Notes: a model not told the origin generated them from the letters alone. A DNA stretch of 64,000 nucleotides from Pristiophorus japonicus (GCF_044704955.1 NC_091988.1:4154001-4218000), one strand, 5' to 3'. Positions 9,257 to 23,599 are shown, counted from the first letter of the stretch. Numbers and translations: made by a program.

Positions 9257-12200
9257 GTTGGGTTGAACGGCGCTGCTGTGGTCCCTTCGGCCGGCTCCGC
9301 GTCCCCCCGAATCTGTCAGCACAATGAACACCTGGTGTGCGACCACAGGGACAGGCGTGGGCAGGTGTGGAGTGCTTTCGGCCGGCACGGGGTCCCTTTA
9401 AACAATTTGGGAGAACTTTTAAAACTTACATTTTAGACTTTTAATCGAAATACTTTTATAACCTATTATTGATCTACATCTTAGACTTTTTAACAATCTT
9501 TAGAAACTTTTTAAACTGGGGAAACTTTTATAACCTATTATTGATCGACATCTTAGACTTTTTAACAATCTTTAGAAACTTTTTAAACTGGGGAAACTTT
9601 TATAACCTATTATTGATTTACATCTTAGACTTTTTAACACCTCTTAGAAACTTTTTCAATAAATTGGGAACCTTTATCAACTTTTAATCTTTTAAAATAA
9701 CTTTGGAAGTCACCCTCCTAATGCCTGCCCCCCAACCCAGCCTCGGGCCATCTACCATCAATGGCTCTACCCAGCGTCGAGCTTGTGGCCAACACTTCGC
9801 CGTAGGCAGTTAGGCTTATCGAGCTGTGCCTGGTCTCCAGGTGTCTTGGGCCCCCTTGCCACTGGACCAAGACCTCGCTCAGCTAAGCCCGTGTAGTTGC
9901 CAGTGTGCAGCAGTGGCCACCCCACGTTAAAAGAACTCACGCACAGGCATCTTCCACTTCGTCAGTGTGAAGTTCGGGACCTGGAACGTCAGGACCCTCA
10001 TGGACAATCCCAACAGCAACAGGCCAGAACGCCGCACCGCCATAGTTGTCCGGGAACTCAGACGTTTTGACATTGACATTGCTGCCCTAAGCGAGACTCG
10101 GCGGGCAGGGGAAGGCCAGTTGAAGGAACATGGTGGAGGTTACACCTTCTTCTGGAAAAGGAAACCAGAGGCAGAACACCGCCTTCATGGAGTCAGCTTT
10201 GCTGTCAAGAATGAGCTGGTCAACCGCCTCAAAGACTCCCCCTGTGGGGTCAACGGACGCCTCATGACCCTTCGCCTTACCCTATCCCGGAACCAATGTG
10301 CCACAGTCATCAGTGCGTACTCCCCTCAAGCAACAACCCAACTCGAGAGCTGCAAAACAACATTACAGACGGCTCAAGGCTCAGGTCCAACAAAAAACCC
10401 GGGACCTAAAGAACAGGAGGTGGATGGAGAAAGCACAGGAGATACAACAACTTGCCGACAGCCACGATATGCGAGGATTCTTCACTGCAGTCAAGGCCAC
10501 CTACGGCCCAAACTCCCAAGGCCCCACGTCACTCCTGGCCAAGAACGGGGAAACACTCATCAAGGACACCGAGGCTGTCAGGGGCCGATGGAAGGAGCAC
10601 TTTGAAGATCTCCTCAATCGAGACTCTGCCTTTGACTCGAGTGTTCTCGATTCCATCCTGCAGCATGCGACCCGCCACCAAGTCAGTAAAACCCCAACGT
10701 TGCACGAGGTAGGTAAAGCCATAAAACAGCTCAAGAATAACAAGGCTACGGGTGCGGATGGAATCCCTGCTGGGCGCTAAAGTATGGCGGAGAGGCACTG
10801 TTGGCGCGGATACATGACCTCATCTCTCTCATCTGGAGGGAGGAGAGCATGCTGGGAGATCTCAGAGATGCAATGATTGTGACCATTTTTTAAAAAGGGG
10901 ACAAGTCCGACTGCGGCAACTACAGAGGAATCTCCCTGCTTTCAGCCACTGGGAAAGTTGTCACTAGAGTCCTCCTCAACCGTCTTCTCCCTGTGGCCGA
11001 AGAGCTCCTCCCGGAATCACAGTGCGGATATCGCCCCCTACGGGTCTTCTCCCCTATGATCTTTGCAGCGCGACAGTTGCAGGAAAAATGCAGGGAGCAG
11101 CGCCAGCCCTGATACATGGCCTTTTTTGATCTTACAAAGGCCTTTGACATTGTCAATCGTGAGGGTCTATGGAGCGTCCTCCTCCGTTTTTGATGCCCCC
11201 AAAAGTTTGTCAACATCCTTTGACTGCTTCACGATGACATGCAGGCCGTGATCCTTACCAACGGATCCATTACAGACCCAATTCACGTCTGGACCGGAGT
11301 CAAACAGGGCTGCGTCATCGCTCCAACACACTTCTCAATCTTCCTCGCCACCATGCTCCACCTCACAATCAACAAGCTCCTCGCTGGAATGGAATTAAAC
11401 TACAGAACCAGTGGGAAGCTGTTTAACCCACGCCGCCTCCAGGCCAGGTCCAAGATTACCCCAACCTCTGTCATTGAGCTGCAGTATGCGAACAATGCCT
11501 GCGTCTGCGCACATTCAGAGAATGAACTCCAGGATATAGTCAATGTATTCACTGAGGCATATGAAATCGTGGGCCTTACGCTTAACATCCATAAGACAAA
11601 GGTCCTTCACCAGCCTGTCATTGCTGCACAGCACTGCCCTCCAATCATCAAGATCCACGGCACGGCCCTGGACAACGTGGACCATTTCCCATATCTCGGG
11701 AGCCTCTTATCAACAAAGGCAGACATTGATGCGGAGACTCAGCATCGCCTCCAGTGCGCCAGTGCAGCCTTCGGCTGTCTGAGGAAAAGAGTGCTTGAAG
11801 ACCAGGCTCTCAAATCTACCACCAAGCTCATGGTCTACAGGGCTGTAGTAACACCCGCCCTCCTGTATGGATCTGAGGCATGGACGATGTACAGAAGGCA
11901 CCTCAAGTCGCTGGAGATATATCACCAACGATGTCTCCACAAGATCCTGCAAATCCCCTGGGAGGACAGGTGCACCAACATCAGTGTCCTCGACCAGGCC
12001 AACATCCCCAGTATTGAAGCACTGACCACACTTGATCAGCTTCACTGGGCAGGCCACATAGTTCACATGCCAGATGTGAGACTCCCTCAGCAAATGCTTT
12101 ATGTGGAGCTCCTTCATGGTAAAGGAGCCAAAGGTGGGCAGCGGAAGCATTACAAGGACACCCTCAAAGCCTCCCTGGTAAAGTGCGACATCACCACTGA

Positions 12201-12459
12201 CACCTGGGAGACCCTGGCCGCAGACCGCCCAAGGTGGAGAAAGTCCATCCGGGAGGCCGTTGAGCTCTTCGAGTCTCAACGCAAAGAGCAGGCAGCGGAA
12301 GGAGCGCGCGGCAAACCAGCCCCACCCACCCCTTCCCTCAACCGATGTCAGACCCACCTGTAACAGGGCCTGTGGCTCTCGTATCGGACTGTTCAGCCAT
12401 CAGAGAACTCACTTCGTGAATGGAAGCAAGTCCTCCTCGATTCCGAGGGACTGCCTATG
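9257..12459 (+). mobile_element. RTE-clade LINE with intact termini, internal deletion and frameshifts
   Basis: 10-bp TSD ATTCCATCAC (9247-9256 / 12460-12469). APE (FGTWNVRTL, ALSETR), RT (GVKQGC, LQYANN) and 3' end GAGGGACTGCCTATG. Deletion near 10322 joins APE to the pre-RT region. Confidence 0.93.
9452..9660 (+). repeat. 72-bp tandem repeat (about 2.9 copies) in the RTE 5'UTR
   Basis: ACTTTTATAACCTATTATTGATC...AAACTGGGGAA repeated; 24-aa periodicity in ORF 9469..9687. Confidence 0.9.
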
Positions 12460-13031
12460 ATTCCATCACATACCCGACTTGAGCCGTGCAGATGAGAGAG
12501 AGAGTTTGTGCGGTCAGGAGGTGAGCCAGTTGTTGCCACTGGCTTGATCTTGTAGCTATGGTGTTGATATGGCTGGTTTGTTTCAGCTCCTGGTCATTAT
12601 TGAACCCTAAAATATTGCTGGTGGGAGATTCAGTGATGGTGGCACTGTTGAAGATCAGTGGGAAATAGCCGTGCTTTCACTTGTTGAAGATAGTTATTAC
12701 CTGACCTTTATGTGGAGTGAATGCTATTTGCCCCTTGTCGGCCCAAGCCTGGATGTTACTCTGGTCCTGCAATAGGTTGACATGTGCTGCTTCATTATTG
12801 AAGGATTTGTGAATGGAACTGAATACTGGAATCATCAGTAAATAGCCCCAATCCTGACCTTATAAAAGAGAAAAGGTTGTTGATGAAGCAGCTGAAGATG
12901 GTTAAGCTGAGGATACTTCCCTAAGGAATTCCAGCAAATCTATCCTGGGCTAGGATGATTGGCCTTGGACAACTACAACAATATTCCTTTGTTGTGCGTT
13001 ATAACTCCAGTCAGAGGATGATTTTCCCTTT

Positions 13032-15910
13032 CATAGAAACATAGAAATTTATAGCGCAGAAGGAGGCCATTCCGGCCCATCGTGTCTGCCCCGGCCGACA
13101 AAGAGCCGCACGGCCCTCGGTCAGCAGCCCTAAAGGTTACATATAAACCTATGAACAATGATGGAAAGGCAAAGAGCACCCAGCCCAACCAGTCCGCCTC
13201 ACACAACTGCGACACCCCTTATACTGCAACATTCTACACTCCACCCCAACCGGAGCCAGTGATCTCCTGGCAAAAACCAGATAAAAACCCAGGCCAATTG
13301 AGGGAGAAAAAATCTGAGAAAATTCCTCTCCAACCCATCCAGGCGATCGAAACTAGTCCCGGAGATCACCCTGGCCATATTCTATTCCCTGTAGTACTTA
13401 CCATTATATCTGTACCGTCCAACAAAAGGTTATCCAGTCTAATCCCAATTACCAGCTCTCAGTCCGTTACCCTACAGGTTACTGCACTTTAAATGCCCAT
13501 CCAACCATCTCTTAAAAGTGGTGAGGGTTTCTGCATCCACCACTCTTCCAGGCAGCGAGTTCCAGATCCCCACAACCCTCAGCGTAAAGAAGCCCCCCTC
13601 AAATTCCCTCTAAACCTTCCACCAACCACCTTAAAACTATGCCCCCTCATAACAGACCCCTCCACCAATGGAAATAGACCCTTACTATCCATTATGTCCA
13701 GGCCCCTCAATGTTTTGTACACCTCAATGAGGTCTCCTCTCAACCTCCTCTATTCCAATGAGAACAAACCCAGCCTATCCAATCTGCCCTCATAACTAAG
13801 ATTCTCCATTCCAGGCAGCATCCTAGTAAATCTCCTCAGCACCCTCTCGAGTGCAATCAAGTCCTTCCTATAATACGGTGACCAGAACTGCACGCAGTAC
13901 TCCAGCTGTGGCCGAACCAAAGTATTATACAATTTAAGCATAACCTCCCTGCTCTTATATTCTGTGCCTCGACCAAAAAAGGCAAGCACTCCGTATGCCT
14001 TCTTAACCACCTTATCCACCTGGCTTGCTACTTTCAGGGATCTGTGGACAAGCACTCCACGGGCCCTTTGTTCATCTACACTATTAAGTGGCCTACCACT
14101 TAATGTGTATACCCTTTCCTTATTAGCCCTCCCCACTTCTCTGAATTAAATTCCATTTGCCACTGCTCTGCCCACCTGACCAGTAGATTGATATCCTCCT
14201 GCAGCCCATGACTTTCCTCTTCATTATCAACCACACAGCCAATTTTAGTGTTGTCTGCAAACTTCTTAATCATACTCCATATTTTCAAATCTAAATTGTT
14301 GATATATACCACAAAAAGCAAGGTCCCAGTACTGAGCCCTGCGGAACCCCACTGGAAACATCCTTCCAGTCACAAAAACATCCATCAATCATTACCCTTC
14401 GCATCCTACCTCCAAGCCAATTTTGGATCCAACTTGCCACTTTGCCCTGTATCCCATGGGCTTTAACCTTCATGACCAGTCTACCATGTGGGACCTTATC
14501 AAAAGCCTTGCTAAAGTCCATTAATATACTACATCGTACGCACTACCCTCATCGACCCTCTTTGTTACATAAAAACATAGAAACATAGAAAGTAGGTGCA
14601 GGAGTAGGCCTTCGGCCCTTAGAGCCTGCACCACCATTCAATATGATCATGGCTGATCATGCAACTTCAGTACCCCATTCCTGCTTTCGCTCCATACCCC
14701 TTGATCCCTTTAGCCATAAGGGCCACGTCTAACTCCCTTTTGAATATATCTAACGAACTGGCCTCGCCGACTTTCTGTGTTAGAGAATTCCACAGGTTCA
14801 CAATTTTCTGAGTGAAGAAGTTTCTCCTCATCTCGGTCCTAAATGGCTTACCCCTTATCCTTAGACTGTGACCGCTGCTTCTGGACTTCCCCAACATCGG
14901 GAACATTCTTACTGCATCTAACCTGTCCAATCCCGTCAAAATTTTATATGTTTCTATCAGATCCCCTCTCATTCTTCTAAATTCCAGTGAATATAAGCCC
15001 AGTCGATCCAGTCTTTCTTCATATGTCAGTCCTGCCATCCCGGGAATCAGTCTGGTGAACCTTCGCTGCACTCCCTCAATAGCAAGAATGTTCTTCCTCA
15101 GATTAGGAGACGAAAACTGTACACAATACTCAAGGTGTGGTCTCACCAAGGCCCTGTACAACTGCAGTAAGACCTTCCTGCTCCTATACTCAAATCCCCT
15201 CACTTTGAAGGCCAGCATGCCATTTGCCTTCTTTACTGCCTGCTGTACCTGCATCCTACCTTCAATGACTGATGTACCATGACCCCCAGGTCTTGTTGCA
15301 CCTCTCCTTTTACTAACCTCCTCAAAAAATTCAATCAGGTTAGTCAAACACGATGTTCCCTTAACAAATCCGTGCTGACTGTCCCTAATTAATCCTTGCT
15401 TTTCCAAATGTAGATTTAACCTGTCTTTCAGGATTTTTTCCAATAATTTTCCCACCACTGAGATTAGGCTGACAGGCCTGTAATTACTCGGCCTACCCCT
15501 TTTTCCCTTCTTAAACAAGGGTACTACATTAGCTGTCCTCCAATCCTCCGGCACCGTGCCCAGATCCAAAGAGGACTGGAAAATGATGGTCAAGGCCTCT
15601 GCTATTTCCTCTTTTACTTCGCTCAACATCCTGGGATGCATTTCATCCGGGCCTGGGGACTGATCTACTTTCAAAGCTGCTAAAGCCCTTAATACTTCCT
15701 CTCTCACTATATTTATTTCATCTAGAATATCACACTCCTCCTCGATAGCAGTGTCTGCATTACCCCTTTCCTTTGTGAAAACAGATGCAAAGTATTCATT
15801 AAGAACCCTCCCAACATCTTCCGCCTCCATACAAAAATTACCCTCATGGTCTCTAATAGGCCCTATCCTTTCTTTAGTTACCCTCTTAATATATTTATAG
15901 AACATCTCCA
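13032..15910 (-). mobile_element. CR1 LINE (long-3'UTR subfamily), 5' truncated, decayed
   Basis: RT fragments ([21 protein letters not shown]); 3'UTR of about 430 nt; octamer tail at 13032. Confidence 0.9.
14568..15310 (-). mobile_element. CR1 3' fragment nested in the 13032-15910 CR1
   Basis: Own tail at 14568-14590; host RT (FFEEV|..RVDEG) is split around it. Confidence 0.88.
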
Positions 15911-16164
15911 TTGACCTCAGTTTTGCTAGGGCTCCTTGGTACCATACTTGGTCAAAATTCTGCGAGAATGTTGAGGGCAGCCACTCTCACCTCTTCTGTA
16001 TTCAGCTCTTCCATGGCTGGATTAAGGCTGTGATACAATCTGGAGCTTTGATTCTGGCAGACTTCACAAGTGCTGTGTGGTGGTCACTTATTCCAATGTT
16101 TTTGAGCACAGATGTATCTGCGTAAGGCAGGTTGGTGAGGATGAGGGTAAGTTACTCACTTCTT

Positions 16165-17487
16165 GCAGGGCTCAGTACTGGGTCTCTTGCTTTTTGTGGT
16201 ATACATCAGTGATCTAGATTTGAAGATAGGGAGTGTGATTAAGAACTTTGCAGATGACACTAATGTTGGCTGTGTGGTTGATAATGAAAAGGAAAGTCAT
16301 GGACTACAGGAGGATATCAATTTACTGGTCAGGTGGGCAGAGCAGTGGCAAATGGAATTTAATTCAGAGAAGCACGTGGGGAGGGCTAATAAAGAAAGGG
16401 TATACACATTAAGAGGTAGGCCACTTAGAAGAGTCGATAAACAAAGGGACCTTGGAGTGCTTGTCCACAGATCCCTGAAAGTAGCAGGCCAGGTGGATAA
16501 GGTGGTTAAGAAGGCTTACGGAATGCTTACCTTTATTGGCTGAGACATAGAATATAAGAGCAGGAGGTTATGCTTAAATTGTGTAATACTTTGGTTAGAC
16601 CACAGCTGGAATACTGCGTGCAGTTCTGTCGACGTATTATAGGAAGGACGTGATTGCACTAGAGAGGGTGCAGAAGAGATTTACCAGGATGCTGCCTGGA
16701 ATGGAGAATCTTAGTTATGAGGACAGATTGAATAAGCTGGGTTTGTTCTCCTTTGAACAGAGGAGGCTGAGGGGAGACCTTATTGAGGTGTATAAAATTT
16801 TGAAGGGCCTGAATATAGTGGATAGCAAGGGCCTATTTCTCTTGGTGGCGGGGTCAATTATGAGGGGACAAAGGATTAAGGTGGTTGGTGGAAGTTTTAG
16901 AGGGGATTTGAGGGGAAGCTTCTTCACGCAGAGGGTTGTGGGGATCAGGAACTCACAGCTTGGAAAGGTGGTAGAGGCAGAAACCCTCAGCACATTTAAA
17001 AAGTGCTTGGATGGGCACTTGAAGTGCAGTAACCTGCAGGGTCATGGACCTAGAGTTGGTAATTGGGATTAGACTGGATAACCTCTTGTTGGACGGAGCA
17101 GATATAATGGTAAGTACTGCAGGGAATAGAATAAGGCCAGGGTGATCTCCTGGATTAGTTTCGATCGCCGGGATGGGTCGGAGAGGAATTTTCCCAGATT
17201 TTTTTCCCCCAATTGTCCTGGGTTTTTATCTGTTTTTTAATTATCTGTCTCCGGGTAGGGTGGAGTGTAAATTGTTGCTTTACCTGTCCGCCATTGTTCA
17301 TTGTTCAGCCATTGAATGGTGGTGCAGGCTCGAAGGGCCGAATGGCCTACTCTTGCACCTATTTTCTATGTTTCTATGTTTCTATTGTTGATAGGTTTAT
17401 ATGTAACCTTCAGGGCTGCTGACCGAGGGCCGTGTGGCTCTTTGTCGGCTGGCGCGGGCACCATGGCCTCCTTCTGCGCTGTAAATC
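16165..17487 (+). mobile_element. CR1 LINE (long-3'UTR subfamily) with nested CR1 tail at about 17302-17386; octamer tail displaced to about 18080-18100
   Basis: QGSVLG, FADD and C-terminal ORF2; 3'UTR is the reverse-complement homologue of 13032-13460. Confidence 0.9.
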
Positions 17488-18077
17488 TCAGCACCTCACT
17501 GCCGCCCACTGCCACCGACATTCCCCCTGAAGATCCGCCCAGTGCCACTTTCGGGGCGGGCCTGGAGCGGACGGCTGATGTCAGCGGACGGCCGAGTGGT
17601 GCAACTGAGCTGCCGCCCGCCGAGCTCCCAGATGGGTGCGGCCGGCAGCTGGCGGGACTCAGTGGCAGAGCGGGGCGGGCCGCTGGCTGGAGCCTGATCT
17701 GTCCCCGACGGTGAAGAACCTGAAAAAAGCGAAGTGAACATTTTAACACTTTTTTTTAACAGCGACTTACCTGGATTGGGTCACCTGAAGGTCTTCCGAT
17801 TCTTTTTACATTTTTTGCTGTTTGTTATTTTTAGATCTTCGACCCTCCGTGGGCCCAGCTCCATCCTCGGCGGCACTTGGGTGACAAGCGCTTCTGCCGC
17901 CGAGAACACAACCTCCCGCCCGCTGCCACCAGATTGGTGGTGTACGTCTTCCATTTGCTGCCCACCGACCTTCGAGGGACCTTCTTCATGAATATCCCGC
18001 CCAAAGTTCCATCCGGTACCTCGGCGGCACTTTGGGCGGGACTTAGGCGGGCGGACGCCTTGCTGAAAATCGGTCCC
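17488..18077. mobile_element. GC/CpG-rich Harbinger-type MITE inserted in a CR1 tail; left TIR damaged
   Basis: Right end GCTGAAAATCGGTCCC followed by TAT; CR1 tail resumes afterwards. Confidence 0.55.
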
Positions 18078-19257
18078 TATATTTCTATGTTTCTATGTTT
18101 CTTCATGTGGGTTCCCTCACCATTTGATGCAGGCCCAGTCTTGCAGTTATGTTCTTCAGGACTTGACCAGCTCAGTCAATGCTGGTACTACGAAGTTACT
18201 CTTGATTGTGGACATTGAAGTCCTCACACAGAACATTCTGTTCCCTTACTTTCCTCAGACCTTCCTCCAAGTGATGTTCAACACCTTGAGGAAGTGGGGA
18301 AGAGGTGGTGATCTGCAGGAACTATCCTTGACTTGAGACTTCATGGGGTTCGGAAGCAATGTTGCAGATGCCTCGAGCCACTCCCACCTGATTGGTCTAT
18401 CCAGCTGATGGAACGGGACCTATCAGGGATTATGGTGCTGAATTCTGGCATGTTAGCTGATAGATAATAAACCTGCGACTGCAGCTATATCAGGATGATG
18501 CTGAACTTTGACACCACATGTTAGTGATGATAGCTTTGCAATGGAGCGTGAGCCTGGAGTCACGTGTAGGCCGTACCGAGAAGGAGTGACAAGCTTCCTA
18601 TTCTGAAGACATTAGTGAAGCAGTTGGAATTTTTACGACAATGTGAAAGCTTTTGTGATTACCAGATTTATTGATTTCAATGTCAGAACTTGGTGGGATT
18701 TTAACTCAAGACCCTGAGGGTTGTCAGTCCAGCACCATAACCATTAGACCACTGTATCCACTTTTAATATAAAGTGAATTACTTACATCACGTTGCTTTG
18801 GTGATAAACTCAGTAGAAAATGTGCCTCTGCCTAACCGTAGTGAACTATACATTGATCCCTCCCCCACCTATAATAGAATATGAAACCATTCAATCAAAT
18901 GTTCTGCAACCCTCTTGTATGACCTGGAAATGTGGTAAAAAACAAAACTCACTGTTATTAAAGAATAAAACATACAGAACTTCCGGTGACCACACATGCG
19001 CAGTTAAATGTGCAAATCAGAAAGTTGCTTACCAAGTTTTCCTTCTCCTCCAAGAGCGATAGCAGTGTCTCACCAATAGACTCAGCATTGAAATACATTG
19101 ACTCCACGTGGCTGTCTGAGATCTCCCAAATAAATAGAGTTAAGTTGAACTAAGAGTGTTCAACAGACTATAAAATACATGTTGTTAGAAGCAGAGACTT
19201 CCGATCTCTCGTCGAATGCATCTACGAGCGAAATATTGGAACTGGAAGACTTTTTCT

Positions 19258-22200
19258 TAAGAACATAAGAATTTGGAACAGCAGTAGGCCATCTAGCCCC
19301 TCGAGCCTGTTCTGCCATTCAACAAGATCATGGCTGATCTGGCCGTGGACTTAGCTCCACTTACCCGCCCGCACCCCGTAACCCTTAATTCCCTTATTGG
19401 TTAAAAATCTATCGATCTGTGACTTGAATACATTCAATGAGCTAGCCTCAACTGCTTCCTTGGGCAGAGAATTCCACAGATTCACAACCCTCTGGGAGAA
19501 GAAATTCCTTCTCAACTTGGTTTTAAATTGGCTCCCCCGTATTTTGAGGCTGTGCCCCCTAGTTCTAGTCTCCCCGACCAGTGGAAACAACCTCTCTGCC
19601 TCTATCTTGTCGATCCCTTTCATTATTTTAAATGTTTCTATAAGATCACCCCTCATCCTTCTGAAATCCAACGAGTAAAGACCCCGTCTACACAATCTAT
19701 CATCATAAGGTAACCCCCTCATCTCCGGAAGCAGCTTAGTGAATCGTCTCTGTACCCCCTCCAAAGCCAGTATATCCTTCCTTAAGTAAGGTGACCAAAA
19801 CTGCACGCAGTACTCCAGGTGCGGCCTCACCAATACTCTATACAGTTGCAGCAGGACCTCCCTGCTTTTGTACTCCATCCCTCTCGCAATGAAGGCCAAC
19901 ATTCCATTCGCCTTCCTGATTACCTGCTGCAACTGCAAACTAACTTTTTGGGATTCATGCACAAGGACCCCCAGGTCCCTCTGCACCGCTGCATGTTGTA
20001 ATTTCTCCCCATTCAAATAATATTCCCTTTACTGTTTTTTTTCCCAAGGTGGATGACCTCACACTTTCCGACATTGTATTCCATCTGCCAAACCTTAGCC
20101 CATTCGCTTAACCTATCCAAATCTCTTTGCAGCCTCCCTGTGTCCTCTACACAACCCGCTTTCCCACTAATCTTTGTGTCATCTGCAAATTTTGTTACAC
20201 TACGCTCTGTCCCCTCTTCCAGGTCATCTATGTATATTGTAAACAGTTGTGGTCCCAGCACCGATCCCTGTGGCACACCACTAACCACCGATTTCCACCC
20301 GAAAAGGACCCATTTATCCCGACTCTCTGCTTTCTGTTTGCCAGCCAATTCTCTATTCATGCTAATATATTTCCTCTGACTCCGCGTACCTTTATCTTCT
20401 GCAGTAACCTTTTGTGTGGCACCTTATCGAATGCCTTTTGGAAATCTAAATACACCACATCCATCGGTACACCTCTATCCACCATGCTCGTTATATCCTC
20501 AAAGGATTCCAGTAAATTAGTTAAACATGATTTTCCTTTCATGAATCCATGCTGCGTCTGCTTGATTGCACTATTCCTATCTAGATGTCCCGCTATTTCT
20601 TCCTTAATTTTCCCCACGACAGATGTTAAACTAACCGGCCTATAGTTACCTGCCTTTTGTCTGCCCCCTTTTTTAAACAGAGGCGTTACATTAGCTGCTT
20701 TCCAATCCGCTGGTACCTCCCCAGAGTCCAGAGAATTTTGGTAGATTATAACGAATGAATCTGCTATAACTTCCGCCATCTCTTTGAATACCCTGGGATG
20801 CTTTTCATCAGGACCAGGGGATTTGTCTACCTTGAGTCCCATTTGCCTGTCCAGCACTACCCCCCTAGTGATAGTGATTGTCTCAAGGTCCTCCCTTCCC
20901 ACATTCCCGTGACCAACAATTTCTGGCATGGTTTTTGTGTCTTCCACTGTGAAGACCGAAGCAAAATAATTGTTTAAGGTCTCAGCCATTTCCACATTTC
21001 CCATTATTAAATCCCCCTTCTCATCTTCTAAGGGACCAACATTTACTTTAGTCACTCTTTTCCGTTTTATATATCTGTAAAAGCTTTTACTATCTGTTTT
21101 TATGTTTTGCCCAAGTTTACCTTCGTAATCTATCTTTCCTTTCTTTATTGCTTTCTTAGTCATTCTTTGCTGTCGTTTAAAATTTTCCCAATCTTCTATT
21201 TTTCCACTAACCTTAGCCACCTTATACGCATTGGTTTTTAATTTGATACTCTCCTTTATTTCCTTGGTTATCCACGGCTGGTTATCCCTTCTCTTACCGC
21301 CCTTTTTCACTGGAATATATTTATGTAAGTTAAAATCCCCCATGATTACTGCCATTCCTTTTTCACATGCCTCCATTATTCCCTTGATTATTGTCCACCC
21401 CACCATGAAGTTATTATTTGGGGGCCTATAAACTACGCCCACCAGTGACTTTTTCCTCTTACTATCTCTAATCTACACCCACAATGATTCAACATTTTGT
21501 TCATTAGAGCCAATATCGTCTCTCACAACTGCCCTGATACCATCCTTTATTAACAGAGCTACCCCACCTCCTTTCCCTTCTTGTCTATTTTTCCGAATCG
21601 TCAGATACCCCTGTATGTTTAATTCCCAGTCTTGGCCACCCTGCAACCATGTTTCTGTAATGGCCACCAAATCATACCCATTTGTAATGATTTGTGCCGT
21701 CAACTCATTTACTTTATTTCGAATGCTGTGTGCGTTTAGATAGAGTGTTTTAATACTAGATTTTAAACCATGATTTTTAGTTTTGACCCCTCCTGCAGCC
21801 CCTTTATATTCAGTGGCCCTTTTTGTTTTTTGCCTTGGGTTTCTCTGCCCTCCACTTTTACTCATCTCCTTTTTGTCTTTTGCTTTTGTCTCCTTTTTGT
21901 TTCCCTCTGTCTCCCTGTATTGGTTCCCATCCCCCTGCCATATTAGTTTAACTCCTCCCGAACAGCACGAGCAAACACTCCCCCAAGGACATTGGTTCCG
22001 TTCCTGCCCAGGTGCAGACCATCCGGTTTGTACTGGTCCCACCTCCCCCAGAACCAGTTCCAATGCCCCAGGAATTTGAATCCCTCCCTGCTGCACCACT
22101 GCTCAAGCCACGTATTCATCTGCGCTATCCTGCGATTCCTACTCTGACTAGCACGTGGCACTGGTAGCAATCCCGAGATTACTACTTTTGAGGTCCTACA

Positions 22201-22434
22201 TTTTAATTTAGCTCCTAGCTCCTTAAATTCGTCTCGTAGGACCTCATCCCTTTTTTTACCTATATCGTTGGTACCAATGTGCACCACGACAACTGGCTGT
22301 TCACCCTCCCTTTTCAGAATGTCCTGCACCCGCACCAAGACATCCTTGACCCTTGCACCAGGGAGGCAACATACCATCCTGGAATCTCGGTTGCGTCCGC
22401 AGAAATGCCTATCTATTCCCCTTACAATCGAATC
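19258..22434 (-). mobile_element. CR1 LINE (TTCTTATG-tail subfamily) in the Gypsy A leader, with internal deletions
   Basis: ORF1 esterase 21943-22434; APE 21473-21940; deletion near 21325; RT motifs; tail at 19258. Confidence 0.93.
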
Positions 22435-23132
22435 GATCGAAATCGACATTAAGCAGTGCAGTGCAGAGCGTGCTTCCTACACATCGCGCGTGGCTCCGCG
22501 AAGGGCGATAAATAGTCATACGCTTGTAAAATAATCTCGAGGTATTAGTAAAGTAAACTTAAAGTGGCATAAGTTATTGCAGAGCCTCGATTGAAAAAGT
22601 ATTTCTAAAATTACACGGCCACGATATTTTACTATTAGACTTGTTCTCGTCCTCGGGGTATTTGAACTGTATACATACATGTATGTGACAAACTCAAAGT
22701 CCTAAACTATAGCGAGCTATCATGACCACTACGATGCCAACTCCCGCGTACATTCCTCTCCCACCCCAATGTAGGCGACTGCCGATTTGAAAGCCAACTG
22801 GAAAAATTCAAACAGCTGTGGGACAACTATGAAATTATCACAAACATTGTGGAAAAACCAGATAGAGTTAGGGTTGCAATGTTTATCACTGCCATTGGCA
22901 GTGATGCCCTAGATAGCCACAATAATCTTCCCTACAAATCCGAGGAAGACAAGCAGGAAACTAAGATTATTTTGAAGCTCTGGGAAGAGCAGTGTAAAGA
23001 TAAAACCATCACCAGCTATGAGCGGTACCAGTTTAACAACTGTGTACAAGGGGACAAACGGTTTGACAGATATCTTGTGAAAGTGAGAGAGCTAGCATCG
23101 TCATGTGATTTCGGCAATTTGTGGGATGATTT

Positions 23133-23260
23133 TAGAAACATAGAAACATAGAAACATAGAAAATAGGTGCAGGAGCAGGCCATTCAGCCCTTCTAGCCTG
23201 CACCGCCATTCAATGAGTTCATGGCTGAACATGAAACTTCAGAACCCCCTTCCTGCTTTC
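23133..23260 (-). mobile_element. Short CR1 tail inserted in gag
   Basis: Matches 2116-2236; interrupts LWDD|IRDR. Confidence 0.88.
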
Positions 23261-23599
23261 ATATCAGAGACCGCATCATCTGCGGAATATCTGATAACGC
23301 TCTGCGTAAGAGGTTGGTGCAAGAATCAAGCCTAACACTTGATAAATGTGTGATGCTCTGTAAAGCTACAGAGGCCACAGTTGTGCAACTGAAATCCTTA
23401 AAGGTCACTAAAACAGATTCTGAAAATGTCAAAGCTGTCAGACAGAAACTCCGACCCACAAAGAAAGAATTCACAGAAAGATTCACAAACAATTGCAGAT
23501 ATTGTGGCAAAAGTCATGAGCTGTCAAAAACTAAATGCCCGGTATATGGGAAGACCTGCACAAGTTGCGGCAAACAAAATCACTTTTCTCAAAAGTGTC

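Larger units (their letters stand above)
9060..18530 (-). mobile_element. Old, heavily decayed LINE in pieces (about 9060-9256, 12470-13030, 15910-16160, 18100-18530)
   Basis: Sequence continues across the RTE TSD; RT-like remnants (e.g. reverse complement of a PQGSILS-like motif near 12900-12925); boundaries approximate. Confidence 0.5.

Noticed and set aside
14667-15911. 414-aa ORF that looks like a novel shortened RT
   Set aside because: Chance read-through from one CR1 into a nested CR1; it lacks the RT catalytic core.
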